From Okamejei kenojei (Eukaryota), in the NCBI GenBank assembly GCA_035221665.1, contig CM069145.1, forward strand, positions 48,298,001 to 48,362,000: a stretch of 64,000 bases of DNA. Reading direction: 5' to 3'. A program made the position numbers and the translations under genes. Of the stretch, positions 1-13,337 are shown piece by piece. A model generated the notes under the pieces. That model did not search any database and was not told where the DNA came from. It worked only from the letters and a program-made list of their open reading frames with translations. Every line of letters begins with the position of its first letter. Within the stretch, counting starts at the first letter, position 1.

Positions 1-1351
1 CCTGCCTTCTCCCCAAAACCTGTAACACCCGTACTAATCAAGAATCTATCTATCTTTGCCTTAAAAAAAATCCACTGATATTTCAGTCGATCTGAAGAAG
101 GGCCTCAATCTGAAACGTCACCTGCCTATTCCCTCCCCAGATGCTGACCTGCTGAGTTTCTCCAAGACTAGGTAAACAGTAAGGGAAGCCCTCTTGGTGT
201 TCTGGCAAATGGTGATCCCTCAAAAAGAGCGGAAAAAGCAATTGATCACGGCATTACCTCTTTGCAGTTTGTGGACTATGTTGCACAAAAGTAGCTGTCA
301 ATGTTTGCAACCTAGTAGTCACCAGACCAGATTAAAGTACTTTATTGATTATTGATTGGAAGTTCCCATGGTGTGAATGATTCTAGGAAAATGCAGCCCT
401 TTTGATTCTCTTTGTCCATATGTAGTTGGAAATTCTCTGGAATGCTTTGTAGATAATGCAGCCAATACAATAAAAATGAAGGTGTGCAGGTGTGTTCCCT
501 GAAGTAAAACTAGCGGACAACACTCGTTAGGTTTAACCGAAGGGTCAATATTGATTAATTCCCTTCCAAATGCTTTAACATTTTCTTTATTAGTACAAAT
601 TTTAAAGAACTAAAAATAAACGTGCCACTCTGCTAAAGGCCAGATACCATTTTGAGAAGTGTTTTAACCTTTACACACTTTTGAAAATCCTCCATAGGAT
701 AAAAGCCAAAGATTAAAATGTAGTGACAATATTGTTGATTGAAGCTTAGGTTAAGGTTTGAGGTATGGTTAAAAGAAAAACCGCAATTATGGACATTTTG
801 CAGGCTGCAGTTATTTTTCAGACATTACAGATTGTGCAAAGGCTCAGGGTTAATAAATAATAAATCACCCAATAAATGGTGTAATTTATCATTGAAGAGC
901 AGCAGTTAGACCTACCTGTGTAGGAAGGATCTGCAGATGCTGGTATACACCAAAGATAGACACACAATGCTGAGTAACTCAGCAGGTCAGGCAGGAAAGG
1001 AATAGGGGACGTTTCTGGTGGAGACCCATCTTCAAACTGAGAGTCAGGTGAGAGGAAAACTAGAGGTATGAAAAGGTACGGAACAAATCAGAGCCGGCAC
1101 CAATGACAAAAGAAAGGGGAGCGCACAATGGTCCATTGTTGTCTGTGGTATAGGTGATAATGAAGGGATACAAACAGTGAAACTAGCAGGACAACTAGGG
1201 TGGGGGGAGGGACAGAGAGAAAAAGAATGCAAGGGCGTCTTGAAATTAGAGATATCAACAATCTCTACAACCACTGGGTTGTAAGCTGCTCAAACTGAAA
1301 ATGCCCACATGATAACATTGTGATCTCCATCTTTCCCCCTTTATCTGTCTC

Positions 1352-1353
<2 letters not shown>

Positions 1354-1386
<33 letters not shown>
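1354..1386 (+). repeat. (CT)n microsatellite
   Basis: Seen directly in the sequence. Confidence 0.93.
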
Positions 1387-1389
<3 letters not shown>

Positions 1390-2149
1390 TCTCTGTTTAA
1401 GATGTTTCTCGAAATATAACACTTTGATCAAACATTTTGCACAGCTGTGCAGATGTCCCCTTTTGTGTAAAACATGTACTTTGGTAAACATTTCAGTGCA
1501 AGTTTAATGCGGATGTGAGTTGTTGGTATTGCATAGTTGTTGGTACTGCATACACAGCGGAGGTTAACTTTCAGTTGCTTTCTGCAGCTGGTGTGGACCT
1601 TGCAGTCAGGTTTTATTGTGTAGGAAGGAACTGCAGATGCTGGTTTAAACCGATGATGGGCACAAAAAGCTGGAGCAACTCAGCGGGGCAGGCAGCACCT
1701 CGGGAGAGAAGCAACGGGTGAAGCTTCGGGTCGAGACCCTTCTCCTTCGCCCCCATACCTTCTCCAGAGGCGCTGCCTGTCCCGCTGAGTTACTGCAGCT
1801 TTTTTGTGTCTAACTCTGGTTTCGTTCATTAGTTTGAGTCCGTCCCTCTTTAGGCAATTCCAATCTTTTTTTTTTGTGTGAGTTCATCAAAACAATGACT
1901 TCTTTCTTTTTGAACCTGTTTTAAATTATCACTCTGCAAACAAACAAAAAAAACCGGCAGTTTCTTTTTTCGTTGCTCTTTGTTATTTGTTTTTGTGTTT
2001 GGGTGCTGTTGGTGGGTTTCCTTCCATGACCCCACCCCTCACCCCCTCCCCTGGAAGCTGCATGCATGAATTAATGAGTTTTCTTTTCCTCCCCCTCTGC
2101 CTGTCTGATTATCAACTGCCCCTTGAATGGTAACTTGTAAACACACCAG

Positions 2150-2243
2150 CCTCCGCTCCTTCAGTTCGGATAGGTCCTACTCATTGAACAGGAGTCCGTA
2201 TGCCCGGGACAGCATCATGATCGAAGAGCTGACGAGGGAGCCG
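2150..2243 (+). CDS. ANK3: ANK3 exon, linker upstream of ZU5A (LRSFSSDRSYSLNRSPYARDSIMIEELTREP)
   Basis: Acceptor cag|c at 2148-2149, donor gtaagt at 2244, 94 nt, phase 2 to 0. The peptide matches the ankyrin-G SLRSFSSDRSYTLNRSSYARDSMMIEEL segment. Not in the ORF track. Confidence 0.92.
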
Positions 2244-3745
2244 GTAAGTGGAGCTTTGCATCCCAGTCACTTGTGCCGTGTTTGATATGATCGCTTGCTT
2301 TAGACATCATTGTCCAAGGATGTGTGCAGATGCTGGTTTAAGCCGAACATCGATATGTAGAAGCTGGAGTAACTCAGCGGGTCAGGCAGCAAAGGATAGA
2401 CTTAAAATTCTAACTCTGAGGGAGAGGCAGCATCTCCAGATAGAAGGAATGGTTTTGGGTCTTTTTCAGACTGAGGGGGGGGGGGGGGGATATGGAGATA
2501 AGAAAGGGTGAGGTGTGAAAATGAGACATCAAAGGAGATGTGGTTTAAGGAACGTGTATAATAGATCGTTGTTGTTAAAGAAGGAACTGCAGATGCTGGA
2601 GAATTGAGGGTTACACAAAAGGCTGGAGAAACTCAGCGGGTGCAGCAGCATCTAAGGAGCGAAGGAGATAGGCGACGTTTCGGGTCGAGACCCTTCTTCA
2701 GACTGGGATAATAGATCATTGTTAGCTTGGAGAAGGTGACAACGAACGATGTAATCAGGGGGACAAGTCAGATGGTCGGAGAACTAGGAACGGGGAGGGA
2801 TGGAGAAGGGGAAAGCAAGGGTGACTTGAAGTTAGAGAAGTCAAAATTCATACTGCTGGGGTGTAAGCTGCACAAACATTACGAGTCGAGACCCTTCTTC
2901 AGTGTTGACCCAAAACGCCACCTATTCCTTGTCTCCAGCGAAGCTGTCTGACCCGCTGAGTTACTCCAGCTTTGTGTCTGCCTTTGTTGTCCAATGAGCA
3001 CACTGTTCTTGCTCTCAGTGTGCTGCGTAACTCCAGACCGCTTTGGAACTTTGAGTCCAGCTGTCGTCAGCTAAAGTTGCCAGAGTTAAAAGAGAAGGGA
3101 TTACATGTGTAGGAAGGAGCTGCAGATGCTGGCTTAAACACGTAATGCTGGAGTAATTCAGCGGATCAAGCAGCAATTCTGGAGAAAAGGAAGAGGTGAC
3201 GTTTCGGGTCGAGACCCTTCCTCAGACAGTCATTCTCCGAAATGTCATTCATTCCTTCTCTCCAGAGTTTCGGGTTCAGTTTATTGCTACGTGAAGCGAG
3301 GAACAGTGAAAAACTTTTGTTGCTGCCTGTCCCGTTGAATTACTCCACCATTTTGTGTCGATCTTCGGAATAAATTACGTTATCGCTCCGCCCGCGTGAA
3401 CCAACCTGATCTCCCGGTTGCCGGACACGTTAATTCTCCTTCCCATTCCTACACAGACCTTTCTGTCCTCGGTCTCCTCCATTGTCAGAGTGAGGCTAAA
3501 TGCAAATTGGAGGAACAGCATCTCATATTTTGCTTGGGCAACTTACTGCCCAGTGGTATGAATATTGATTTCTCTCACTTGAGGTAGCCCCGATATTCCC
3601 TCTCTCTCTCTCTCTCTCTCTCTATCCCTCCCCCACCCATGTCGCAGTAGCTTCTCGTTTTCACCATACAAACAGCTAACAATGGCCTGTTTCCTTTATC
3701 ATCGTAACTTTTCTGCATGTCTTTCATTATTCTTTATCTCTCCAC

Positions 3746-4155
3746 ATAGAAACATAAAAAATAGGTGCAGGAGTAGGCCATTCGGCCCTTCGAGCCTGCA
3801 CCACCATTCAATATGATCATGGCTGATCATCCAACTCAGTATCCTGTACCTGCCTTCTCTCCATACCCCCCTGATCCCTTTATCCACAAGGGCCACATCT
3901 AACTCCCTCTTAAATATAGCCAATGAACTGGCCTCAACTACCTTCTGTGGCAGAGAATTCCAGAGACTCACCACTCTCTGTGTGAAAAATGTTTTCCTCA
4001 TCTCAGTCCTAAAGGAATTCCCCCTTATCCTTAGACTGTGACCCCTTGTTCTGGACCTCCCCAACATCGGGAACAATCTTCCTGCATCCAGCCTGTCCAA
4101 CCCCTTAAGAATTTTGTACGTTTCTATAAGATCCCCCCTCAATCTTCTAAATTCG
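3746..4155 (-). mobile_element. CR1/HER1-like LINE 3' fragment inserted in a Penelope remnant
   Basis: ORF 3699..4181 (FRRLRGDLIETYKILKGLDRLDAG); nearly identical to the copies at 23470 and 62083. Confidence 0.88.
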
Positions 4156-4216
4156 TCTATCGACATTGTCTGTATCATCATCGTCTAGACCTTAGTTTCC
4201 CGTATTCCTAACCAGC

Positions 4217-4244
4217 CTGAAGAAGGGTCTCGACCCGAAACGTC
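4217..4244 (+). ncRNA. Minimal type-I hammerhead ribozyme-like core (PLE-associated)
   Basis: CUGAAGA-A-GGGU(CUCG)ACCC-GAAAC-GUC. Intact cores also at 2674-2701 (-) and 3198-3225 (-). Helix I pairing is weak, so activity is unproven. Confidence 0.55.
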
Positions 4245-7200
4245 ACGCATTCCTTCTCTCCAGCAATGCCGCCTGTTCCGCTGAGCTACTCCAGCATTTT
4301 GTGTCTATGAATGTTATTGACCTTCTGTTTGCGGTTTGATGGATGTTTAGCTTATGTTATTGCTTTGACTTAAACTGATGCGGCTTTCTCAACCGCCCTC
4401 ATAATGAGCAATTCCAGTGGTAGATGTTAAAGGCCCTAGTCTTTGCTTTAACGTGTGAATCCGCACGGGATGCAAGTTTCGGCAACTTTTCAGGTGTTGA
4501 AAACTTTAATCAGCCTTTCACAATCTCCCTGCTATTTTCTAAACAACAGTTTAATTAGGAAATAACGTTAATTAATTTCAAGATTTGCAATGGGTACCCA
4601 ATTGATCTTTGATGTATGATTAGGTTACTTCAAGAATGTTTGGAGGAATATTGAACGGACTTGTTCCTGTTAACATTCAACAAGAACAACTCTCTCTGTA
4701 AAAGTTGTGGTTTTTGGTCTCGACCCGAAACGTCGCCTATCTCCTTCGCTCCTTAGATGCTGCTGCACCCGCTGAGTTTCTCCAGCTTTTTGTGTTTTTT
4801 TTTTCTCGTTTTGCATTGTTGCAGTGAAGCCGGAGATGATGGTGGCTTGCATTAGAAGGAACTGCAGGTGCGGGTTTAAGCTGAAGATAGACACAAAATG
4901 CTGGATTAACTCTAGCGGGACAGGCAGCATCTCTGGAGAGAAGGAATGGGTGACGTTTCGGGGATAGAGACCCTTTAGTCTGAAGAAGGGTCTCGGCCCT
5001 AAACGTCACCCGTTCCTTCTCTCCAGAGATGCTGCCTGTCCCGCTAGAGTTACTCCAGCATTTTGTGTCTTTCGATGAAAGTCTTGTTATTCTTCAAAGA
5101 CAAGACGCTCGCTTCCCCTGCTTTGAGGAGAGATAAAGATAATTCCCTGCCTTCATTAACAATAAGCAATTTGTGAGAAAGGTGCAGAAGGACCCGTTCC
5201 TTGAGTTCACACGAAGGAGGTGGAACTTCCTCAACTGTCCTCCCCTCCCCACCCCCCCACCCTCTCCCCATTCATGTTGTTTTCCCTGTCAATTCCCTTA
5301 TTATTCCTTTGTGTCCTGTAGCACTCATTTTTAATAATCCTCAGCAAAGCCAAATAACGAAGCATAACATTTCTTGACCTTCCACAAACTTGGCTGAATA
5401 GAGTTAAATATAACGAGGGGATGAAGTGGTAGTAGTGAGTTGTCTGTCACTGCAGTCTTGGCCAGTTTTCCCAGCCTCAGCACTTACAGAGCTTGTTCAT
5501 TGTTGGTCTATATTGCTGCAAATTCCTCACTGCCCACCACTGACAGTTTCTCAAAGCAAGACAATAATATTAGTACTTGGATATCAGTACTTATTTAACT
5601 TAGTTTGGTTTAGAGATACAGTGTGGAATTAGGCCCTGTGGCCTGCCAGATCTGCACTGACCAGCGATCGCTGCACACTAATACTATCCCCCACACGCTA
5701 GGGCTAATGTTACATTTATAGACAATAGACAATAGGTGCAGGAGGAGGCCATTCGGCCCTTCGAGCCAGCGCCGCTATTCAATGTGATCATGGCTGATCA
5801 TTCACAATAAGTACCCCGTTCCTGCCTTCTCTCCATATCCCTTAACTCCACTATCCATTAGAGCTCTATCTAACTGCCAAGCCAATTAACCTACAAACCT
5901 GTACGTCTTTGGAGTGTGGGAGGAAACCGAAGATCTCGTGGGGAAAACCCACGCAGGTCACAGGGAGAACGTGCAGACTCCATACAGACAGCACCCATAG
6001 TCGGGATCGAACCTGTGTCTCTGGCGCTGTAGAGCAGCAACTCTACTGCTACACCACCGTGCTGGAACTAATGAGCTGTGCCGCCACTTAGTTTAGAGTT
6101 ACAGCATAGGAACAGGTCCTACAGCTCACTGAGTCAGTGTCGGCCATTGTTGAAACTAGTTCTATATTATCCCACTTTCTCATCCACGCCCTGCACACTG
6201 GCAGCAATTTACAGAGGCTGATTAACCCACAAACCCGCACGTCTTTGGGGTGTGGGAGGAAACCGACGCAGTCACAGGGAGAACATACAAGCTCCAGACA
6301 GACTGTACCCGAGGTCAAGACTGAACCCGGGCCCCTGGCGCTGTGAGGCAGCAGCTCTGCACTTGTTGCTAGGTAACCTGAGGTGGTGAGGAATCGATCA
6401 CCGTGTGTGGAGCTGACTTTATGTGGCGCTTGCAGCAAGAAAGTGTGCAGCAAATTCCCTTCCTTGAAGTTCATAAGTGATAGGAGCAGAATTAGGCACG
6501 ATGGCCCATCAAGTCTACTCCGCCCTTCAGACATAGCTGATCTATCTTTCCCTTTCAACCCCATTCCCCTGCCTTCTCCCCCATAACCCCTGAAGGACCC
6601 ATTAGGTGCCAGGATAAATATTCCAGCTCTTTGAATTCTGATTTTCAATGTTTCACGTTGGAGTTTGAACTTGCACCATCTGAGTTATCAGTTCTATTGT
6701 GAATCTCTGCTGTGCTTTGTTTTCACCAGGAATCAACTTGTTAAAATACGGGTTGAGTTCAAATTATCAGAAATCTTAATACGGACTAAATGTTGGTTCC
6801 TAGTTTGACCTGACCTACACAGTTGTAAACATTCAATGATGTGGGGATGAGGGGTGATCTTATTGAGGCATATAAAATCATGAGAGAAATAGATCGGGTA
6901 GATGCACAGAGTCTGTTGCCCAGAGTAGGTTGAATTGAGGACCAGAGGACATAGGTTTATTGTGAAGGGGAAAAGATTTAATAGGAATCTGAGGGGTAAC
7001 TTTTTCACACAAATGGTGGTGGTTGTATGGAGCGAGCTGCTAGAGGAAGTAGTTGAGGCAGGGACTCTGCCTACGTGTAAGAAACAGTTAGGCAGGTACA
7101 TGGACAGGTTTGGAGGAATATGGGGCAAACGCAGGCAGGTGGCACTAGTGTAGCTGGGACATGTTGGCCGGTGTGGGCAAGTTGGGCCAAAGGGCCCTGT

Positions 7201-7984
7201 TTCCACACTGTATCACGCTACGACTGTATTTCCAACCTAGTTTAAGAATACACCTCCCATTCCCTCCTTCATGCCCATTCTCACTCACTATGGGCAAACC
7301 TAAGGGATATGGGGATAAAGCAGGAACGGGGTACTGATTCTGGATGATCAACCATGATCATATTGAATGGCGATGCTGGCTTGAAGGGCAGAATAGCCTA
7401 CTCCTGCGCCTATTTTCTATGGTTCAAACTTTGAAGGAGGCATTACAGAAAGTTGACAGGTCCACTGACGACTGGGCAGACGTGCCTGAGGAGTTGGAAG
7501 TTGATTATGTAAAGTGCTGGAGTGCTTCATAATAATGTAATACCTAGCTAATATTCATATCTGACATACAGGTGTCAGAGGAGAAAGGGAGAAGGCAGGA
7601 GAATGGGGTTAGGAAGGAGAGATACATCAGCCATGATTGAATGGCAGCGTAGACTTGATGGGCCGAATGGCCTATTTCTGCTCCTATCACTTATGGTACA
7701 CTCTGAGCATAATGTTTCTGACGACTTCAAGTAAATCAGGCAGCGTGGGAGAATTTAAACTCCAAATCCTTGGTACAAAGAATTTCTGGACATTGAATAG
7801 TTTTAATCCTGAATTTGAATTCTTTTCACAATAGATTAAATGCAGTACCTTGTGATTAGTTTTATTTGAACGACTGGGAGGGGAAGGATTTAATTTTGTT
7901 TTCTGTTTCCTCATTATCATTGTATTTGTTTGCTTTTCTACCTGCGAATCCAGGGTGACTAAAAGGGGGAGGGGGGGCAGAAAT

Positions 7985-8556
7985 TAAAGATAGACACAAA
8001 ATGCTGGAGTAACTTAAAGGGGTCAGATAGCCTCGTTTTGGGTCAGGGTCCTACTTCAGACTGAAATTGGTGGGGGGACAGGAGGCGATAAAGGACCTCA
8101 GCAGGGAGGTTCCCTGATAGGCCACTTTTTGGCAAGAGAAGGTGTGATCTCAAGAGGAATCCGTTATTGCGAACTGTCAAACTGGTTAAACTACTAGGGT
8201 GGAGGAAGGGGGACAAGAGGGGAGGGTGGGGAGGGGAGTGTGAGGTGAAGTTACTTAAAATTTAAAAAGTTAACATTGATATCGCTGGGTTGTAAGCTGC
8301 CCAAGCAAAATGTGAGGTGCTGTTCCTCCAATTCACATGTGTCCTCACACTGCCAATGGAGGAGGCCCAGGACAGAAAGGTCAGAATGGGAATGGGAAGA
8401 GGAGTTAAAATGGTTGGCAACTGGGAGATCCCTTAGGCCTTGGCTGACCCAGCGTGAGTGTTCACTGAAACGGTCGCTGAGTGTTTCCTTGGTCTCGCCG
8501 ATGTACAAGAGCCCACATCGGGAACGGCATATGCAGTCAGAGGAAGTGCACGTGAA
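7985..8556 (-). mobile_element. Penelope-like element 3' remnant
   Basis: ORF 8251..8565 (CxxCGLLYIGETK...RFSEH...PVANHFNS...LQPSDIN), the GIY-YIG YIG motif. Confidence 0.85.
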
Positions 8557-8576
8557 AAAAAACAAGTGTTTACTTA

Positions 8577-8885
8577 AGGGGCTGTCCCACTGTACGAGCT
8601 AATTCAAGAGTTCTCCCGAGTTTCCCCTAATTCGAAATCGGAGAATTACGGTAATAGCCGCTCGTAAGTACTCGGGGCTCTCGTGGACATTTTTCAACAC
8701 GTTGAAAAGTCTTCACGAGCTTACCGCGTTTTTTCCTGAGTACCCGCCGTTAGCGTAACGAGCTGCTAACAGACGTCCCAAGCTCCGACGTACATGCAAC
8801 GTACATTCTACGTGCTTACCACGAGTTTGATTTTTTTTAAACTCGGGAGAGCTCTTGAATTAGCTCGTACAGTGGGACAGCCCCT
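8577..8885. mobile_element. PIF/Harbinger-like MITE
   Basis: ~47-bp TIRs (aggggctgtcccactgtacgagctaattcaagag...) with one mismatch; TTA target-site duplication at 8574-8576 and 8886-8888. Confidence 0.9.
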
Positions 8886-10903
8886 TTACACACATTCAGC
8901 TATCTGTAATGAATTTCTATCCAAGAGGAAACTGCCCAGTTTGAAGAAGGGTCTCTACCCGAAATGTCGCCCATTTCTTCCCTCCAGAGATGCTGCCTGT
9001 CCTGCTGAGTTACTCCAGCATTTTGTGTGTGCCCAGTTTAATTCATGCATTGGCATGCAGTGTCCCTTGGTGATGGCAGGGTTGATTGTGCAAGGCTATT
9101 ATATAGATAAGCAATCACCAGCCAATGGACTTGTGGACGCTATCTATGGAAACAAATTGCTTGACCCTTCTAAGTCAGAGGGAACAAAGTCCGACAAAAA
9201 ACTGAAATGCAGGAGTCAGAGGGGCAACCACGCTTAAAGACGTAATACCAGTGGTAAACTGTGCCCTGTCTATATTGTAATTACATGTGTTTTTCTATAA
9301 ATTAACTACTCGAAGAAAAACGGTGAACCTTGCAGCTCCAATCTCGGGCAAACCTTGCAAAAGAGAGGCGACAATGGAGGCTGTACGGGTCCACCACCGA
9401 TTTTTGTTTTTTTCCGGCACCCTTGGTTCCAGGGCCTTTTCAGTTTATCGTTTTTGCCGGAACCAACAGAGGCCATGGCCGCCAAGAGGAGTCCAATGGT
9501 ACTGGAACAGTCTGCCTTGGCAGCTGAAGGGGCCGAGATACCCAGGCCCGCAAAGTCGGACTTGGATGTCGGCTACGGGACCGGATCTGCCAGCGCGGCT
9601 CCGGCCGGGCCAGAGATCTAGAGCCGGCTACAGCCACAAAAGGCAAATTGAACCTGCCGATTGGCCACGGGAATCCCAATGAGGTTGAGGTCGGCCGCCT
9701 TACCCGTCCTAGGCGCCGCATTTTCGGGGGGGGGGGGGGGCTACTGGGGGAGGGATTTCACTTGCGCTCTCGTGATTTTGTTCGAATCACAGCAGTTGCT
9801 GTAAAAATTGTTGGTGGGCCTGTATTAATACAACGGAGGCTCCATTATTTAAAGAGAACTTCTGCGTCACCTATTCTTGTCTTAATTCTTGTCGACTCCC
9901 GAATTCCTGAGAGTATCTTCTGAGGTTAAAGGGCATCTCTGATTTTCCTCCCGGTTCATCAGGGTTTCCAACCAGAGCTTGCGCATCCCATGGGTGGGCC
10001 AATAGTGTGCAACTCCCTGAAGGTAAGCAATTATTTTCTGCCAGCTTGCTGCTTCAAATCAGGAGGTTAAAGTTAACTTGTGTGTCATGCTAGCGTTTTA
10101 ACCCATTTCCCCCCCTAAATATTTTAGTTTCCAGATGGCGATGTTCAGATGGTACAGTTTTGTAGTGCCAGGTTCATAGAAACCTAGAAAATAGGTGCAG
10201 GAGTAGGGCCATTCGGCCCTTCGAGCCAGCACCACCATTCAATATGATCATGGCTGACCATCCAAAGTCAGTACCCAGTTCCTGCTTTCTCCCCATGTCC
10301 CTTGATTTTCATAGGTCATGGGAGCAGAAATAGGCCATTCGGCCCACCGAGCTTACTCTGCCATTCAATCATGGTTGATCTATCTTTCCCTCTCAACCCC
10401 ATTCTCCTCCCTTCTCCCCATAACCCTTGACACAAAGGAAGCCAGTCATGTTTTTGTTGACATTCGTTAGTTACCCAAGCCCTTTAATCTGCCTTCTCTC
10501 TGAACAGTTTGTTTTCATTTTTCACTTCCCCGTTTTCATCCGCATTCCTTTTAAAAGCTATTTTGGATTTATTTTCATTGCCATGGTTTCCAGTGGGAGA
10601 ACGAACATGGCCTCTGTACTTTTACTTTGAAACTCTAAACGTTGGTTGACAAGCTTAACATTGTTCCTAACACACTACTGAGTGAATACCACTTTTTCAT
10701 TCTGAAAACCTCTCCTAATTTTGTGTACCTCTTATTAGATTGTTCTGAATTATTCACTCCACCTCCAGCTATCTGCTTCCTAGCCTGATGACGTTTTTCA
10801 GTGTGAACATTTACTTTTAGTTCAGTTTAGTTTACAGATACAGCGTGGAAACAGGCCCTCCGGCCCACTAACTCTGCACTGACTAGCGATCCCTGCACAC
10901 TAA

Positions 10904-11332
10904 TGCCCTTGTCCCACTTAGGAAACCTGAACGGAAACCTCTGGAGACTTTGCACCCCACCCAAGATTTCCGTGCGGTTCCCGGAGGTGGTTGCCGGAGG
11001 TTGCAGGTAGTGGAAGGTAAGACCTCCCTGGTGGAATAAAACTGGGTGAAAAAAAAAGTCTTGCCTTCCACTACCTGCAACCTCTGGCAACCACCTTCAA
11101 CTAGCATCGCAACTGGCTTCGACTAAAAAAATGACCGATTTTTAAAACGGCAACCTATTTTTAGTCGCGGCCGGTTTTGAATTTTTTTGAAATAATCGCC
11201 GGAGCATAGAAGAAGCGGAAACCACTTTCGACCATTAGGGGGACTGACAAAAACCTCCGGGAACCTCACGGAAACCTAGGGGCGCAAAGTCTCCACAGGT
11301 TTCCGTTTAGGTTTCCTAAGTGAAACAGGGGC
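10904..11332. mobile_element. PIF/Harbinger-like MITE nested in a V-SINE
   Basis: ~54-bp imperfect TIRs (tgcccttgtcccacttaggaaacct...); flanks TAA and TTA. The host SINE consensus cacac-taa-cactatcc is split at this point. Confidence 0.85.
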
Positions 11333-11777
11333 ATTACACTATCCCACAAAGACACGAGACAATTTTACATTTACACCGAGCCAGTTCACCTGCAAACCTG
11401 TAAGTCTTTGGAGTGTGGGAGGAAACTGGAGCACCCGGAGACAACCCACGCAGGTCACCCAGAGAATGTGCAAACTCCGTACAGACAGCACCCGTAGTCA
11501 GGATCGAAACCGGGTCACTGGTGCTGGAAGGCAGCAACTCTACCCCTGCACCATCGTGCTGCCCTTTACTGAATGCATGATTTAATTAGTGGAGGCAATT
11601 GACCTTGGAATTGTTTGGAAATGTGTGGCCCTTGCTTGCATGTCGATTTTAAGATGGCTGTACATTTTCATCTTACAATTTTTAAAACTAATTTATTTTT
11701 ATCTCAATCGGGTAAAGAGCTTCACAACTTCGACCTGGCGATAATGAAGGAACAGAAATGTATTTCCAAGTCAGGAT

Positions 11778-12085
11778 AGTTTAGTTTAGAGATACAGCGC
11801 GAAAACAGGCCCACCAGCCCATCAAGTCCGCACCGACCAGCGATCCCCGCACATTAACGCTATTCTACACACACTAGGAACAACTTCTACACATACACCA
11901 AGCCAAGTAATCTACAAACCTGTACGTCTTTGGAGTGTGGGAAACCAAAGGATCACGGAGAAACCCACGTGGTCACGAGGAGAATGTACAAACTCCGTAC
12001 GGACAGCACCCGTAGTCGGGATTGAACCTGGGTCTCTGGCGCAGTGAGCGCTGTAAGGCAGCAACTCTGCCACTGTGTGCCAACA
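11778..12085 (-). mobile_element. tRNA-derived V-SINE (HE1-like); representative - strand copy (others at ~5600, 6090, 10820, 13525, 29520, 30750, 55050, 56005)
   Basis: Reverse complement of the same consensus (ttagtttagagatacagcg...cagcaactct). Boundaries approximate. Confidence 0.82.
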
Positions 12086-13337
12086 TCGTGGTCTGTTTCC
12101 TGTACGACCAAGTGACCATTCTTCAGAAGTACTTCATTAACTGTGAAGTGCTTCTGGATTTCCTGAAAAGGGACATTTAAAGAAGTTATTTAAAGTTACG
12201 TTCATTTTTGGTCAATCACTCCAAAATGCAATCTCCTGAAACCATTTTCAGTCCGGTTCATCTTTAAATGTACGATAAATCTGGTGTTTAACATTTAACA
12301 TTAAGCGTTGGTTTAACATTTCTTTTGTTTGAAAAGTGTCACTTAAATATTTCAAATATTTATCTCCCTTTGGAAACCCATTAGGTTTTCAATGAATTAA
12401 TCCCCCTTTGCACTCTTTGTTTATTCTTGGCATACTTAACGAATGTTTGTTGTTCTTCAAGTTTCCAGCTATGTTGTTAATGGTATCCTTATGTCGCCTC
12501 TAGTTTTATTATTTTCTTTGTCCTATCGTTAAAAATCTTTCCTCTTTCCTGAATGAGTTTGTTTGATCCAAATTCAAATACTGGTGGGCACAAGATGCTG
12601 GAGTAACTCAGCGGGTCAGGCAGCATCTCTGGAGAGAAGATTTTGGTTCGAGATCCTTCTTCATGAATAAACCCCCCTTGTGTTTTATATTAGAATTATT
12701 CCTCTTTTCTACTATCATCCCCATTTACACACCCTATGCACACCGTCTCTGCCTTAAAATCTCATGGATGAAAGCATAATGTTTTGGGTGTCTTTTAGTT
12801 TTCATGATCCTATCACAATCTTGAAGATCATAAATTCTCAATGCCTTGATACTCCGTCACTTTCCTTCATTCATTAGAATAACGCACTTTAACACATTCT
12901 CATCAGACTGCGTTAGAAACAGGTCCATCATAACTCAAGTAAATTTTAATTCAGACGCAGATTATATTCCTCACGAGCTCCAATCTTTGTGAGCTGTGTT
13001 GAAGACTTGGTCCTTGCAACTTCCAAAGAATGCTACAAGTCTCCGTGATCATTTGGAGACGTACAGCATGGAAACTGGCCCTTTCGCCCAACTTCTCCAT
13101 GCTAACCAAAATGCTCCGTCTTCATTTGTCCCCCCCTGCCCCCATTTGGCCTATAAACACCGCCCAAAGATGCTGTCTGTCCTGCTGAGTTACTCCAGCA
13201 TTTTGTGTCTATCTTCGAGCGCCTGTTCCTCTTGAGTTCCTCGGTCTCTGGAATATTGGATGGAGGGAAATCCCACTGTTTTTTATTGTGGGTTATTGTG
13301 ACTCTGTTTATTTCCTCTCTCCGCCTTCTTCCTGTAG

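Larger units (their letters stand above)
3380..4310 (+). mobile_element. Penelope-like element 3' remnant (GIY-YIG C-terminus, 3' UTR and hammerhead-like core)
   Basis: ORF 3396..3587 (LPVAGHVNSPSH...EEQHLIFCLG.L.P.GMN) is typical of the PLE endonuclease end; CTGAAGA...GAAACGTC at 4217-4244. Confidence 0.8.

Noticed and set aside
1854-1877. Possible 24-nt exon ttag|gcaattcc...ttgt|gtgagt
   Set aside because: It is in frame only through a T10 homopolymer, encodes an unconvincing QFQSFFF, sits next to a repeat, and has no recalled orthologue.
7890-7965. Strong acceptor-like pyrimidine tract with TGC motifs ending in cag at 7953
   Set aside because: No suitable donor follows, and the phase-0 frame stops after two codons.
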